From NCBI GenBank assembly GCA_965208325.1, contig OZ242326.1, positions 416,001-480,000 on the forward strand: DNA of 64,000 nucleotides, given 5' to 3'. Below the pieces are notes generated by a model. It made no database searches. It was not told the DNA's origin and saw nothing but the letters and a program-made list of their open reading frames with translations. Numbering within the stretch: position 1 is the stretch's first letter; every line of letters starts with the position of its first letter. Position numbers and translations under genes: made by a program. This document shows, piece by piece, positions 49,408 to 59,600 of this stretch. Source of the stretch: Candidatus Poribacteria bacterium (GTDB taxonomy: Bacteria; Poribacteria; WGA-4E; PCPOR2b).

Positions 49408-51705
49408 TCAGTTGCCGTTGTCATGTAAGGCAGCCACAATCTTCTCCGGCTTAATCGGCAGGTCATTAACCCGTACCCCGACCGCGTCGACAACCGCGTT
49501 GGACATCGTAGCTAATGTTGGCGTGATCGGCGGTTCGCCGACACCTTTTGCGCCAAACGGACCGTTTGGGGCGGGAACTTCAACGATTACTGATTCAACG
49601 GTAGGTAAATCTGCAGAGGTCGGCACACGGTAGTCGACAAATCCGGGATTTACATTGCCGTTCTGGTCGTATTGCATCTCCTCCATGATTGCCCACGCAT
49701 AACCTTGCACGGTACCGCCCTCGATTTGCCCTTCAACAGCCATGGGATTGATGGCAAAGCCGACATCCTGAGAGGATACCAATTTGAGCACCTTAATTCG
49801 TCCAGTTTCAGAGTCCACCTCAACTTTAGCGATTTGCGCAGCGAGTGCAGGCGTGCTAGATTGCTGGGCGAAAGATCCCTTTCCAACAATCGGTCCGCCT
49901 CTTGTATTCAGGCTAAAGGCGGCTAGCTCGCCGAGTGAAATGGATTTGGGCGAATCGGCGCCGTTCACGAATATCTTGCCATCTCTGAGTTCGAGGTTAT
50001 CAATCTCGGTGTTCAGCCGCTCGGCAGCAAGTTCAAGGATGCGTCTACGCGTATCTTCAGCCGCGAGTTTCGCGGTATTGCCCATCGTGAATGTCACAAC
50101 GCTGCCGCCGGAACCCGTTGCGTAAGGTGCAGAATCGGTGTCACCGCGGGTGATTGTAACCCGTTCGTACGGTAAGGTTAAAATTTCTGCGACAATCTGG
50201 GTGATTGCCGTATCCGTACCGGTGATGTCCATGGAGCCGTGAAAGATTCTCGCACTGCCGTCTTCGTGAATGGAGACATATACTCCGCCAGGGCCGCACC
50301 CGTTTGTCCAATCCCCCACAGCCACGCCCCAGCCTTGATTATGGGATTTATCCCGGTTCCACCAGCCTGCAGCATCGGCAACCGCCTTGAGCGTTTCTTT
50401 GTAACCGATGACGGGTTCTTGGCTGCCGCCGGGAATCATATCTCCCTCCTCACGCATGTTTTTGAGCCGGAATTCGATAGGGTCCATACCGATTCGGCGC
50501 GCAATTTCGTCCAGTTGCGATTCCGCCGCAAAAATTGCTTGAGGAGCACCCGGTGCTCGATAGGCGGTGGTACCGGATTTGTTGGTGTACACGCCGTAGG
50601 CATCGACCTTTAGGTTCGGAATCTTGTAGACGCCGCGCACTCGGATAGTGCTGCCAATTGAGGCGCCGGAAACCGCGCCGGAATCCCAGAATGCCAGTGC
50701 TTGGCATGCAAGGATGTCGCCGGATTTGGTCGCGCCCGTTTTCATTTTGATTACGCATCCAGGCGCAGGGCGTCCGTCAAGGAACTCCTCCTTGCGGGTC
50801 ACCTGCACCCTTACGGGTCGCCCTGTTTTCTGGGAGAGTAATACTGCAGGGACATGCGTCATCGTAACGCCGAAACGTCCGCCGAATCCGCCTCCCATAA
50901 TTGTGGGGATAACATTAATTTTGCCGAGTGGGATTCCGAGCGTCCCGGCGATACCCGATCGAATCGCAAACGGTCCCTGTGTGCTTGCCCACACCGTGAC
51001 TTTTCCCGATGAATCGGCACTGGCTACAGATACATGCGGTTCCATGTAGGTCTGATGCACTCGCGGGATTGTGTATGTATTCTCGACAATAATATCCGAT
51101 TCCGCAAACCCCTTTTCAACATCGCCAATTTCTGTGTGTGTTTCAGCGGAGATGTTGTAGTACACATCCTCCTCAAGCGTTTCCAATTGCGTTTCCAACG
51201 TACTAATTTCTTCGCTGCGGCCTTCCGACTCGTCTAGGGATAGTTGCTTCAACCTGTTTCGGATGCCGCGGCGCGAGGGGCCGTCTTTGGTTTCATCGCT
51301 ATGCAGACGCGGCGCCGCAGGTTGAATTGCGTCCATTACATTTTGCACAACCGGAAGGCGTTCATATTTGATTTTAATTAGCCCTGCCGCTTCGTCCGCG
51401 ATGTCTGAATCAGTTGCTGCGACTGCGGCAATCGGTTCTCCAAAATACAAGACTTTATCTGACGCAAATACTTTTCGTCCGCTCTCAACATCCGCCTGCG
51501 TAATAATAGCGCGCACTCCCGGCAACATTTCGGCTTGGCTGGTGTCAATGTGAAGAATCTTAGCGTGCGGGTATTCGCTGCGTACAATTTTGCCGTAGAG
51601 CATACCGGGTGGATGTACATCTGCGCCGTACTTCGCTGCACCGGTGACTTTTTCAAGTGCATCAACTCTTGGTAACCCTTTACCTACGACCGAATATTCT
51701 GGCAT
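49408..51705 (-). CDS. Xanthine dehydrogenase-family molybdopterin-binding (large) subunit
   Basis: KVTGAAKY, YMEPH, GGGFGG, AYRAPG, EGQIEGG, GAKGVGE. Confidence 0.93.
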   Translation of the reverse strand: MPEYSVVGKGLPRVDALEKVTGAAKYGADVHPPGMLYGKIVRSEYPHAKILHIDTSQAEMLPGVRAIITQADVESGRKVFASDKVLYFGEPIAAVAATDSDIADEAAGLIKIKYERLPVVQNVMDAIQPAAPRLHSDETKDGPSRRGIRNRLKQLSLDESEGRSEEISTLETQLETLEEDVYYNISAETHTEIGDVEKGFAESDIIVENTYTIPRVHQTYMEPHVSVASADSSGKVTVWASTQGPFAIRSGIAGTLGIPLGKINVIPTIMGGGFGGRFGVTMTHVPAVLLSQKTGRPVRVQVTRKEEFLDGRPAPGCVIKMKTGATKSGDILACQALAFWDSGAVSGASIGSTIRVRGVYKIPNLKVDAYGVYTNKSGTTAYRAPGAPQAIFAAESQLDEIARRIGMDPIEFRLKNMREEGDMIPGGSQEPVIGYKETLKAVADAAGWWNRDKSHNQGWGVAVGDWTNGCGPGGVYVSIHEDGSARIFHGSMDITGTDTAITQIVAEILTLPYERVTITRGDTDSAPYATGSGGSVVTFTMGNTAKLAAEDTRRRILELAAERLNTEIDNLELRDGKIFVNGADSPKSISLGELAAFSLNTRGGPIVGKGSFAQQSSTPALAAQIAKVEVDSETGRIKVLKLVSSQDVGFAINPMAVEGQIEGGTVQGYAWAIMEEMQYDQNGNVNPGFVDYRVPTSADLPTVESVIVEVPAPNGPFGAKGVGEPPITPTLATMSNAVVDAVGVRVNDLPIKPEKIVAALHDNGN

Positions 51706-51789
51706 GAAAATTACTCCTCATACGGTTTCATGGCGATCGAGCAATTGGAATTAGATTTCAGCTTGAAATAACCGCAGTCTCTTACGCGG

Positions 51790-52269
51790 TTACCGCGCAC
51801 TGCGCATCGCCTCCGCCGCACTCATAACTGCCTCAATAATTTTCGTGTATCCCGTACATCGACAGATATTACCGCCGAGAGCGTGCCTGACCTCGGCTTC
51901 CGTTGCGCTAGGGTTTTCCTCAAGGAAGGCTTTAGACGCCATGATGAAGCCCGGGGTGCAAAAGCCGCACTGATAGCCGCCCTTGTCGATAAACGCATGC
52001 TGAAGGGGATGCAAAGAACCGCCGCTCGATAGTCCTTCAATAGTCTTGATTGCTTTTCCGTTGGCACTGACGGCGAGCATCAAACACGATGTCACTGACT
52101 TACCATCTACCGTGACGGTACACGCGCCGCAGTCGCCGGTGCTACATCCCTCTTTTGTCCCTGTCAATCCTATCGTATCCCGCAGAACCGCCAAAAGCGT
52201 TTTTCGGGGCTCAACCAGCAATTCATGCTGATCGCTATTGACAGTAAAACTTACCAAATGTTTCTTCAT
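51790..52269 (-). CDS. (2Fe-2S)-binding small subunit (CoxS/XdhA-like)
   Basis: GCSTGDCGACTV...SC, QCGFCTPG, GNICRCTGY. Confidence 0.95.
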   Translation of the reverse strand: MKKHLVSFTVNSDQHELLVEPRKTLLAVLRDTIGLTGTKEGCSTGDCGACTVTVDGKSVTSCLMLAVSANGKAIKTIEGLSSGGSLHPLQHAFIDKGGYQCGFCTPGFIMASKAFLEENPSATEAEVRHALGGNICRCTGYTKIIEAVMSAAEAMRSAR

Positions 52270-52405
52270 CAACTTCTGCCATTCCTTTCGGTGTCACCTT
52301 AAAGTTCGGAGAATTTGGGACACGGCAATTCGCTTATTATGAGGCATTTTGGGATAAATTTACACATGTAACAACTGTATACCGACGTATAGTAGGAATA
52401 AGGGT

Positions 52406-53266
52406 TTAAATCCTTGCTGCTGAGGTCTGAATTGTGCGTTTAGTAAGAACCCTAACCATGTCTTGCCGATACTCCGCTGAACACCGGAGGTCTGAAATCG
52501 GGCTTGACTGTTCTGCAGCAGCCGACGCCGCTTGGTCCAGAATTGAATCTGAAAGCGGATTTCCTTTCAGTATATTCTCCGCATCAGTTGGCCGAATCGG
52601 CGTAGGAGCAACAGCCGCGAGTCCAATTTTGACATCTGCCACCACACCGTGCGCCAACTCCAGAGAAGCCGCTACGCCAATGAAAGCGAGATCCATGACC
52701 TCGCGAATTTTTTGCTTTATGTAGTGTGAAGCCGATTTGTCGGGCCGGGGTGGGCAAACCAACCTAGTCACAATCTCACCATGATTTAAGGACGATTCTC
52801 CTGGTCCCACAAAAAAATCACGGATAGGGATAGTACGTTCTCCATATGTACTCGCAATTTCGAGCTGCGCACCAAATACTAAAAGAGCTGCGACCGTGTC
52901 TGCAGCCGGGGAAGCGTTACAAATGTTACCGCCAAGCGTCGCTAGGTTGCGAATTTGAATGGATCCAACTTCGCTTGCTCCCTCGGCTAATGCCGTGTAG
53001 CGGTTCCGGATAGTTGAAGATTGTTCGATGGCGCGCATTTTCGTCATCCCGCCAATCGATAAGCCTGTATTCTCATCATACGCGATGCTGTCCAATCCCG
53101 GTATCTGCGCTAAACTAACGACGGATTTTGGCGTTGCAATACCTTCTTTCCACCCGACGAGCAAATCTGTGCCACCCGCCAAAATCGTGGCTTCACCGCC
53201 GTTTTCGGCAAGCAGGGATGACGCTTCCTCGATTGTGGTTGGTTCAAAAAAAGCGAAACTTCTCAA
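52406..53266 (-). CDS. FAD-binding medium subunit (CoxM-like)
   Basis: LAGGTDL, QIRNLATLGGNICNASPAAD, SPISDLR; probable TTG start with AGGAG RBS. Confidence 0.93.
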   Translation of the reverse strand: MRSFAFFEPTTIEEASSLLAENGGEATILAGGTDLLVGWKEGIATPKSVVSLAQIPGLDSIAYDENTGLSIGGMTKMRAIEQSSTIRNRYTALAEGASEVGSIQIRNLATLGGNICNASPAADTVAALLVFGAQLEIASTYGERTIPIRDFFVGPGESSLNHGEIVTRLVCPPRPDKSASHYIKQKIREVMDLAFIGVAASLELAHGVVADVKIGLAAVAPTPIRPTDAENILKGNPLSDSILDQAASAAAEQSSPISDLRCSAEYRQDMVRVLTKRTIQTSAARI

Positions 53267-53399
53267 TATAGAAAACTCCTTGGACGTGCACACCATCTAC
53301 CGGGCGGCGATTGATATGCATTATCTTGTATTATTGAATGGTTAAACCCTATCAAATCTGATTAAGATTGTCAAGATATGCATGACACGCTGCTTTCCT

Positions 53400-54194
53400 T
53401 CACGCCGACATGAAGACAGGCAAATTATTCCGCTCGGTCAAGCGGTATTCGCGCTCCATACCGCACAACCAGTAGAACATTTCGGCGGCGTCGTTGATTG
53501 CGCGGTGGTACTCGCGGTGATAAGTCGGTCCGGGAGGCGGCCCCTTGGCATGTCGAGGATGGAAGTTCGGTTCGTGAATCCAGTCGCGTTCCGGGGCTAC
53601 GGTCCGCCTATACGCATACTTGAAAAGATGTCGAGTCCCCTTCGCAGTGGAGCCTGAGCGGCGGTGCCAGATAGGATAGGCGGTCAAAAAGATAGAACCT
53701 GCTGGCGCGGCTGTAGGGACTGCGCCCCGAATGCTCCCGTAATGCGCCATTGATGGAATACCATCGGCGATAAGAAAATGTGAGCCGGGCAACACCTCAG
53801 TCGGCCCCATTTCTAGCGGCGTATCTTGTGGATAATAGAATACTTGCAGGCAGTCGAGTATGGGAGGGAATACGGCGCCGCCATCAACGTGCCATGGGCC
53901 TGGCGGCAAAGGGCACACGACGGGATGGCCGGTATGCAGGTGAGTGGGGTAAGTAAAATCCTTTCCCAAGAGCGATCGGATTGCACCGGTTACATGCGGA
54001 TTGAGGCTGATATTCTCAGTGACGCCATCTATCATCCCGGTATCGCCGCCATCGGGGCGTTCCACAAAAAAATCAAACACCTGCCGGTTGATTTCATCAG
54101 GAACCACACCTTCGAAAATCAGGAAACCCTGTCTGCAAAACTCCAGCACCTGCGTATCTGTTAAGGTTGGTTTACAGTCATAAGTATCACGCAT
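53400..54194 (-). CDS. PhyH family Fe(II)/2OG oxygenase
   Basis: FCRQGFL, WHVD, YYPQDTPLEMGPTEVLPGSH, IWHR; GGAGG RBS before ATG 54194. Confidence 0.88.
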   Translation of the reverse strand: MRDTYDCKPTLTDTQVLEFCRQGFLIFEGVVPDEINRQVFDFFVERPDGGDTGMIDGVTENISLNPHVTGAIRSLLGKDFTYPTHLHTGHPVVCPLPPGPWHVDGGAVFPPILDCLQVFYYPQDTPLEMGPTEVLPGSHFLIADGIPSMAHYGSIRGAVPTAAPAGSIFLTAYPIWHRRSGSTAKGTRHLFKYAYRRTVAPERDWIHEPNFHPRHAKGPPPGPTYHREYHRAINDAAEMFYWLCGMEREYRLTERNNLPVFMSA

Positions 54195-54469
54195 TGTGTG
54201 TGACCTCCATTTTGGGATAGTCAATGCTTCAGCGACTACAGCGGCAGCCGTGATGTGCATTCACCGAGTTTGAGGCACGGCAGCGAATTGGACAAAAAGG
54301 CGATTCTTCCTTCGTTATCACGAAACCACTGGAATTTTATGATGTACCACATTTTACAGGAAATCACGGTCGATGTCAAGGTCTGTGTAGGTTTATCAAC
54401 GCGCAGCATAGTTGTCTTGCTTTGGATAAATAAAATTCAGGATTAGAGAGCTAAAATCGCATCCGTCCG

Positions 54470-55477
54470 TTAGTCAGTTTTACGAAAAAGGGCTGACTTG
54501 GAAACCGCCCCATACACACCCAAAAGCAAGCTGAACAACAACGTCAGAATGTGCAGACTAAACGCAGAAATAATCGCATTGTCCCTTGAGATTCCGAGAC
54601 CCGTAAGCGCCAATATCCACGGCACTTCCACGGTGCCAAAATTTCCCACAGTCTGGATAGGAAACATGTTGAAAAACGAAGTAAGGCTTAGTGCAAAGAT
54701 AATCTCCAGAATACCTAGATTCATCTGCATTGATGTTACGAGATAGCACTGCATGATGAACCGCAGTCCTAGATTCGCAATCGAACAGCCAATTATGCCG
54801 AGTAACAGCCAATTAAAGGGCAGCTTGGTGACCTCTCGCAGCAACCTCGCGAACGACTCCACGAGACGAACCAATACCGCCATTCTAATCCTACTCGATA
54901 AGGACTCTACCCATTTTACCCCCCCGCAGACCGCGTTTGGCAACAAGAGGATTACAATTGCGGCAGACAAAATGACTGAAATTCCGATTAGCGGCAAAAC
55001 AAAAAGAAGCCAATAAGATAAATTGCTCTGTGCCGACAATTCCAGTCTGAACCCCCACGCCGTGGCTGACATCGCCAACAATATCAGCAGGATGTCGATA
55101 ATACTCGCACTCAATAAAGAGGCGATCCCCTTGGCCGCGGGCACTTTTTCGTCTCGCCTCAGGAGATAAACATACGAGAATTCCCCCGTACGCATCGGCA
55201 AGATGTTCGTCCAGAAGGTTTGAAGTGAAACAATTGAAACCAGCCGATGCAGTTTTACATTGACACCCAGAATTAACCGAAACCGCAGCGCTTTGAACGG
55301 CAATGACAGAAAATAAATCACGAACGCGAAAAGCAGATCCTTTATGGGAATGCGTCGAACCGTGTCTACAATGTAAGACGGATCTTTGAGCTTCGACAGT
55401 AGGAAAAAGACAACCATTACGGCAATTGCCGATGTTAACAAGAATCTGTTGCGCGCCGACAATAGAACCCCCTGCAT
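54470..55477 (-). CDS. Lysylphosphatidylglycerol synthase TM / flippase-like (UPF0104) membrane protein
   Basis: Multiple TM segments; ALRF, NILPMRTGE, GNFGTVE. Confidence 0.8.
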   Translation of the reverse strand: MQGVLLSARNRFLLTSAIAVMVVFFLLSKLKDPSYIVDTVRRIPIKDLLFAFVIYFLSLPFKALRFRLILGVNVKLHRLVSIVSLQTFWTNILPMRTGEFSYVYLLRRDEKVPAAKGIASLLSASIIDILLILLAMSATAWGFRLELSAQSNLSYWLLFVLPLIGISVILSAAIVILLLPNAVCGGVKWVESLSSRIRMAVLVRLVESFARLLREVTKLPFNWLLLGIIGCSIANLGLRFIMQCYLVTSMQMNLGILEIIFALSLTSFFNMFPIQTVGNFGTVEVPWILALTGLGISRDNAIISAFSLHILTLLFSLLLGVYGAVSKSALFRKTD

Positions 55478-55581
55478 TCAATCACTTGGCTGTATCGGAA
55501 ATCTATCCGAGTGTGTTGTAGACAGCACCGCAATTGTGTGAATGCCTTCATACGGTTTGAAACGTGGGAAAATATTCGGCA

Positions 55582-56421
55582 TTACCCAAGTTTTCGGGCG
55601 ACCAATATAATTGGATAATAAAACTCCAGTTTTCTGCCGAGGTACTTCACGACCGAAATGAGTTTTAGCCGATGTACAATTTTTGTCAATTTCATCATAA
55701 TGCCGGTCGATCCCCAGGTCGAAAAGGCAGCAGTCTCTAAGCGTTTTTCCCATATGTCAATTCCTAAGTTTAAAATTTCTACTTTTTCACCCGCGAAAGC
55801 CTTTACGATGCGGGACGGCGTCGTGTATTGAATCTCGTCCAAAAAGTCCGCATTCCGGCCTGTACACCTAAGGTAAATCTTCGCTAGAAACCGGGGGAAT
55901 TGTGGTAACCAGATTACGCCGTAGTGCCCTTCCCAAAAAGAGTTGTAATTTGGTACAACAAAGTGGATGTATCCCCCCGGTTTTAGCACACGTACAGTTT
56001 CCCGCAAGACTTTTTCAGGGATTTGCGTGTGCTCAAGTACCTGGAACGAAACAACCAAGTCAAACGTTCGATCTCCGAAAGGCAAGTCTTCTCCGACGCT
56101 GCGCAGTATATTCCTATGAACGCCAGCGTTATCAAGGCGATCAAGAGAAATGCCAACCTTAACTGAATCCGGTTCGATTCCGTAACAATCCCCGCCTTTC
56201 TGCTGACACACGATGTTAAACGTACCTAAACCGCTGCCAATCTCCAAAATTCTCTTGCCTTTTACCTGAATCCCAAAAGCCTCCCGCATAATTGCAATCC
56301 GCTCTTCCTCGCGCTGCGTAGAGAGCGATTCTCTAATGCCTTTTTCTACATTGGGCAACGGCTTTTTACACCCCGACAAATAGTATTCCTTCAATTTTTC
56401 GATTAGCATGTCTTGATTCAT
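55582..56421 (-). CDS. Class I SAM-dependent methyltransferase
   Basis: ILEIGSGLG, LPFGDRTFDLV, VLEH, RVLKPGG. Confidence 0.9.
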   Translation of the reverse strand: MNQDMLIEKLKEYYLSGCKKPLPNVEKGIRESLSTQREEERIAIMREAFGIQVKGKRILEIGSGLGTFNIVCQQKGGDCYGIEPDSVKVGISLDRLDNAGVHRNILRSVGEDLPFGDRTFDLVVSFQVLEHTQIPEKVLRETVRVLKPGGYIHFVVPNYNSFWEGHYGVIWLPQFPRFLAKIYLRCTGRNADFLDEIQYTTPSRIVKAFAGEKVEILNLGIDIWEKRLETAAFSTWGSTGIMMKLTKIVHRLKLISVVKYLGRKLEFYYPIILVARKLG

Positions 56422-56548
56422 TTTAACATTCCGATGGTCATCATGCGAGGAGGTGAGACCGCTTTACACACGTCTGTGCCTTATTATATCACATGAACCA
56501 TTGACTTCAATCGAAGAAGTCTGTACTTCCCATGAAAGGATATTTCGC

Positions 56549-56577
56549 TTGCACAATCCCGAAAACTCATGTATGAT
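56549..56577 (+). promoter_or_regulatory. Putative sigma70 promoter of mutS
   Basis: TTGCAC-N17-TATGAT. Confidence 0.5.
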
Positions 56578-56661
56578 AAATCGTTAAGAGAATCATAACA
56601 TACCTGAAGTGGCAATCTTAGTCAGTTGCGGGTGTCAGTGCGAAATTTTTAAAGGTTTACG

Positions 56662-59600
56662 ATGCCAAAAAAAACACAACTTTCCCCCTTGATGGAGCAA
56701 TATAAACAGCTGAAAAACCAGTATCGAGATTCGGTTCTGCTCTGCCGTGTAGGAGACTTCTATGAGGCGTTCTTTGAAGATGCGGTGCTAATCGCTCGTG
56801 AGTTGGAGATTGTCCTGACTTCGCGTGACAAAGATAAAGCGACGCCGATGGCAGGAATTCCGCATCACGCGCTCGATTCATATCTTTACAAACTCGTCAA
56901 GGCGGGCCACAAAGTTGCAATATTAGAGCAAATTGAAGACGCGAAGAACGTGCCCCCGGGAGAGCTTGTAAAGCGGGATATCGTCCGAATTGTAACGCCC
57001 GGCACGTTGACGGATCCAAAGGTGCTCGATCAGCGTATGAACAACTATTTAGTTGCCGTCTGTATCCGTGATGAAATCTACGGATTTGCGTCGGTCGATC
57101 TATCGACAGGTGAATTTGCGGTAACCGAATTACAAGATGACGAGAAACTATGGACAGAACTACATCGGCTTGCTCCCAAGGAACTTCTGCTCTCTGAGGT
57201 GTTTGATGATCCAGAGATTTTGGAACGGATAAGGGTCGATTTGAAAGCAGTGGTGAATACGCTGCCGGATTGGCGGTTCGCGCTGGACACAACGAGATCG
57301 GAACTGCTGCAACATTTCAATACGCTCTCGCTAGACGGTTTTGGATGCGAACATCTCCCAACGGCCATATGTGCCGCGGGCGCGTTGATATATTATCTGC
57401 ATGAGACCCAAAAACAAGAGGTAGAACACATTCTTTCCATCCACACCTACACGGTTTCTGACTTTATGATATTGGACGCGGATACACAACGGAATCTGGA
57501 GTTGACGACATCTATCCGCGACGGCTCCGCTAAAGGCACACTCTTGGAAACAATAGACCAAACTGTGACACCGATGGGAGCGCGCAAACTTCGCGGTTGC
57601 CTCTTGCAACCGCTGCTTCAACCGGACCAAATTATCGCACGTTTGAACGCAGTCGAAGAAATGAAAAATCAGATTGGCACACAGGAGGAAATTCGTGATT
57701 TACTAAATAAAATTTACGACATGGAGAGGTTGATTTCGAGAATCAGTTTAGGGACGGCAAACGCCCGTGATCTGCTTGCATTGAGGGACTCACTGTATTT
57801 GATTCCGGCGATTAAAGATCAGCTTGGGGATTGCGAGACCTCATTATTGCAGACCTTGAACGACACACTTGACCCTTTAAATCAGTTAGCAACGCTGATC
57901 GAGTCGGCGATTCATCCCGAGCCTCCCGTAACGTTGCGCGAAGGCGGATTAATCCGCGACGGTTATAGCGGTCAGTTAGACGAGCTGCGCGCCATCACGA
58001 GCAAAGGGAAAAACTGGATTGCGGAACTTCAGCAATTGGAACGCGAAAAGACTGGCGTTACATCGCTGAAAATCGGTTTCAATCAGGTCTTCGGTTACTA
58101 CATCGAAGTCACAAACTCGAATCTCCACCTTGTACCCGATGATTATATACGCAAGCAGACATTGACGAACGCAGAACGGTTCATTACCCCGGAGCTTAAG
58201 GAGCGGGAAGCGCAAATCTTGAACGCGCAGGATCAGATTCAGGCGCTTGAGCATAGTCTCTTTCTTGAAATCCGCGCGCAAATTGCCCAAGAGACGGAGC
58301 GGATCCAGAAAACCGCGGCGGTGATTGGGATGATTGATGTGATCGCAAACCTAGCTTATATTGCGGCTAAACATGATTACGAGAAACCCATTATTGATGA
58401 GAGTGATGAAATTATTATTCGCAATGGACGCCACCCCGTAGTTGAACGGCTGTTCACGCAAGAGGGGTTTGTTCCTAACGACACTTCATTAAATTGCCGC
58501 GGCCATCAGATGCACATTATCACGGGACCAAATATGAGCGGCAAATGCGTTCGCGGTGACACGCTAGTGTTCACCGATGCCGGTCTTGTCCCAATCGCTT
58601 CTCTTCAACCCGGCAAGGTTGAAATAGACAGCTTCACCCCAGTGAATTACCGCGTAAAGGGGCTGAACGGACACGCGCGCGCAACCCATTTCTACGCCGG
58701 CGGGCGGCGCCGAACCGTGCGACTCCGCACGAGACTGGGTTACGAATTGGAAGGCACACCCGAACATCGAATTTGGGTGCGCCAGCAGTCCGGCGTGGAG
58801 GGTTGGAAACCGCTGGGGAAAATTGAGAGTAGCGATGCTGTCGCAATCGATTGCCAGATTGATTTGTGGGGGGCTAACGATACACTACAATCGCCGCGCG
58901 CAGCTTATATGGAATCTCAAGTAAACCGCATTGAAATGCCGCGAGACTCGTCAGCGGACTCGCTGCCCGCCCGCCTTACGCCGAATCTGGCTTATTTGGT
59001 GGGATTGCTGGTTGGCGGTAGTGTATCGACCGATGGAGACGCTGTATCACTGGAAACGAAGGACGCGTTTCTCGGGCGAGAATTTAGACGCATAATAGGT
59101 GCGGAGTTTGGATACAGTAGGAAGCCAACCTCCCAAATAAGGAATTCCAACAATCGCGGAGGTGATTTTCAGATTCGGCGTTTCATTGAAGCCTTGGGAC
59201 TGGCGCATACTGCTAATGAGCAGGTTCCGGCGGCTATTTTGGGCGCACCAAAGGCTGTCGTTGCTGCATTCCTGCAAGGGCTGTTTGACATAACTAGCGA
59301 TGGTGATGCAAAAGAGGACATCACCCTGTTTACTCCATCGGATACTCTTGCTAAACAGGTGCATACGCTTCTGCTTAACTTCGGGATCTTGTCCGCGTTA
59401 CAGGAGAAAAAAGCGAGTCGCGCTGGCAACTGGATTTACCGAATTTCTATTACCGGTGCAGACGCATTGAGGTTTTTCCGGCAGATTGGATCTAGAAATC
59501 CGGTCAAGCGGCGCCGCGCCAAACATATTCGGTTCATAGGTTATCCCAGAGTCACCGGCATGGAACACCGAGACGAACGATCATCAGGCGGCGGGCGTTA

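Noticed and set aside
49347..49493. N-terminal extension of the MDR dehydrogenase
   Set aside because: Overlaps the end of the molybdoenzyme gene; the RBS supports ATG 49346
49408..53266. Aerobic CO dehydrogenase (coxMSL)
   Set aside because: The large subunit has AYRAPG, not the form I AYRCSFR or form II AYRGAGR loop, and no cox accessory genes are present
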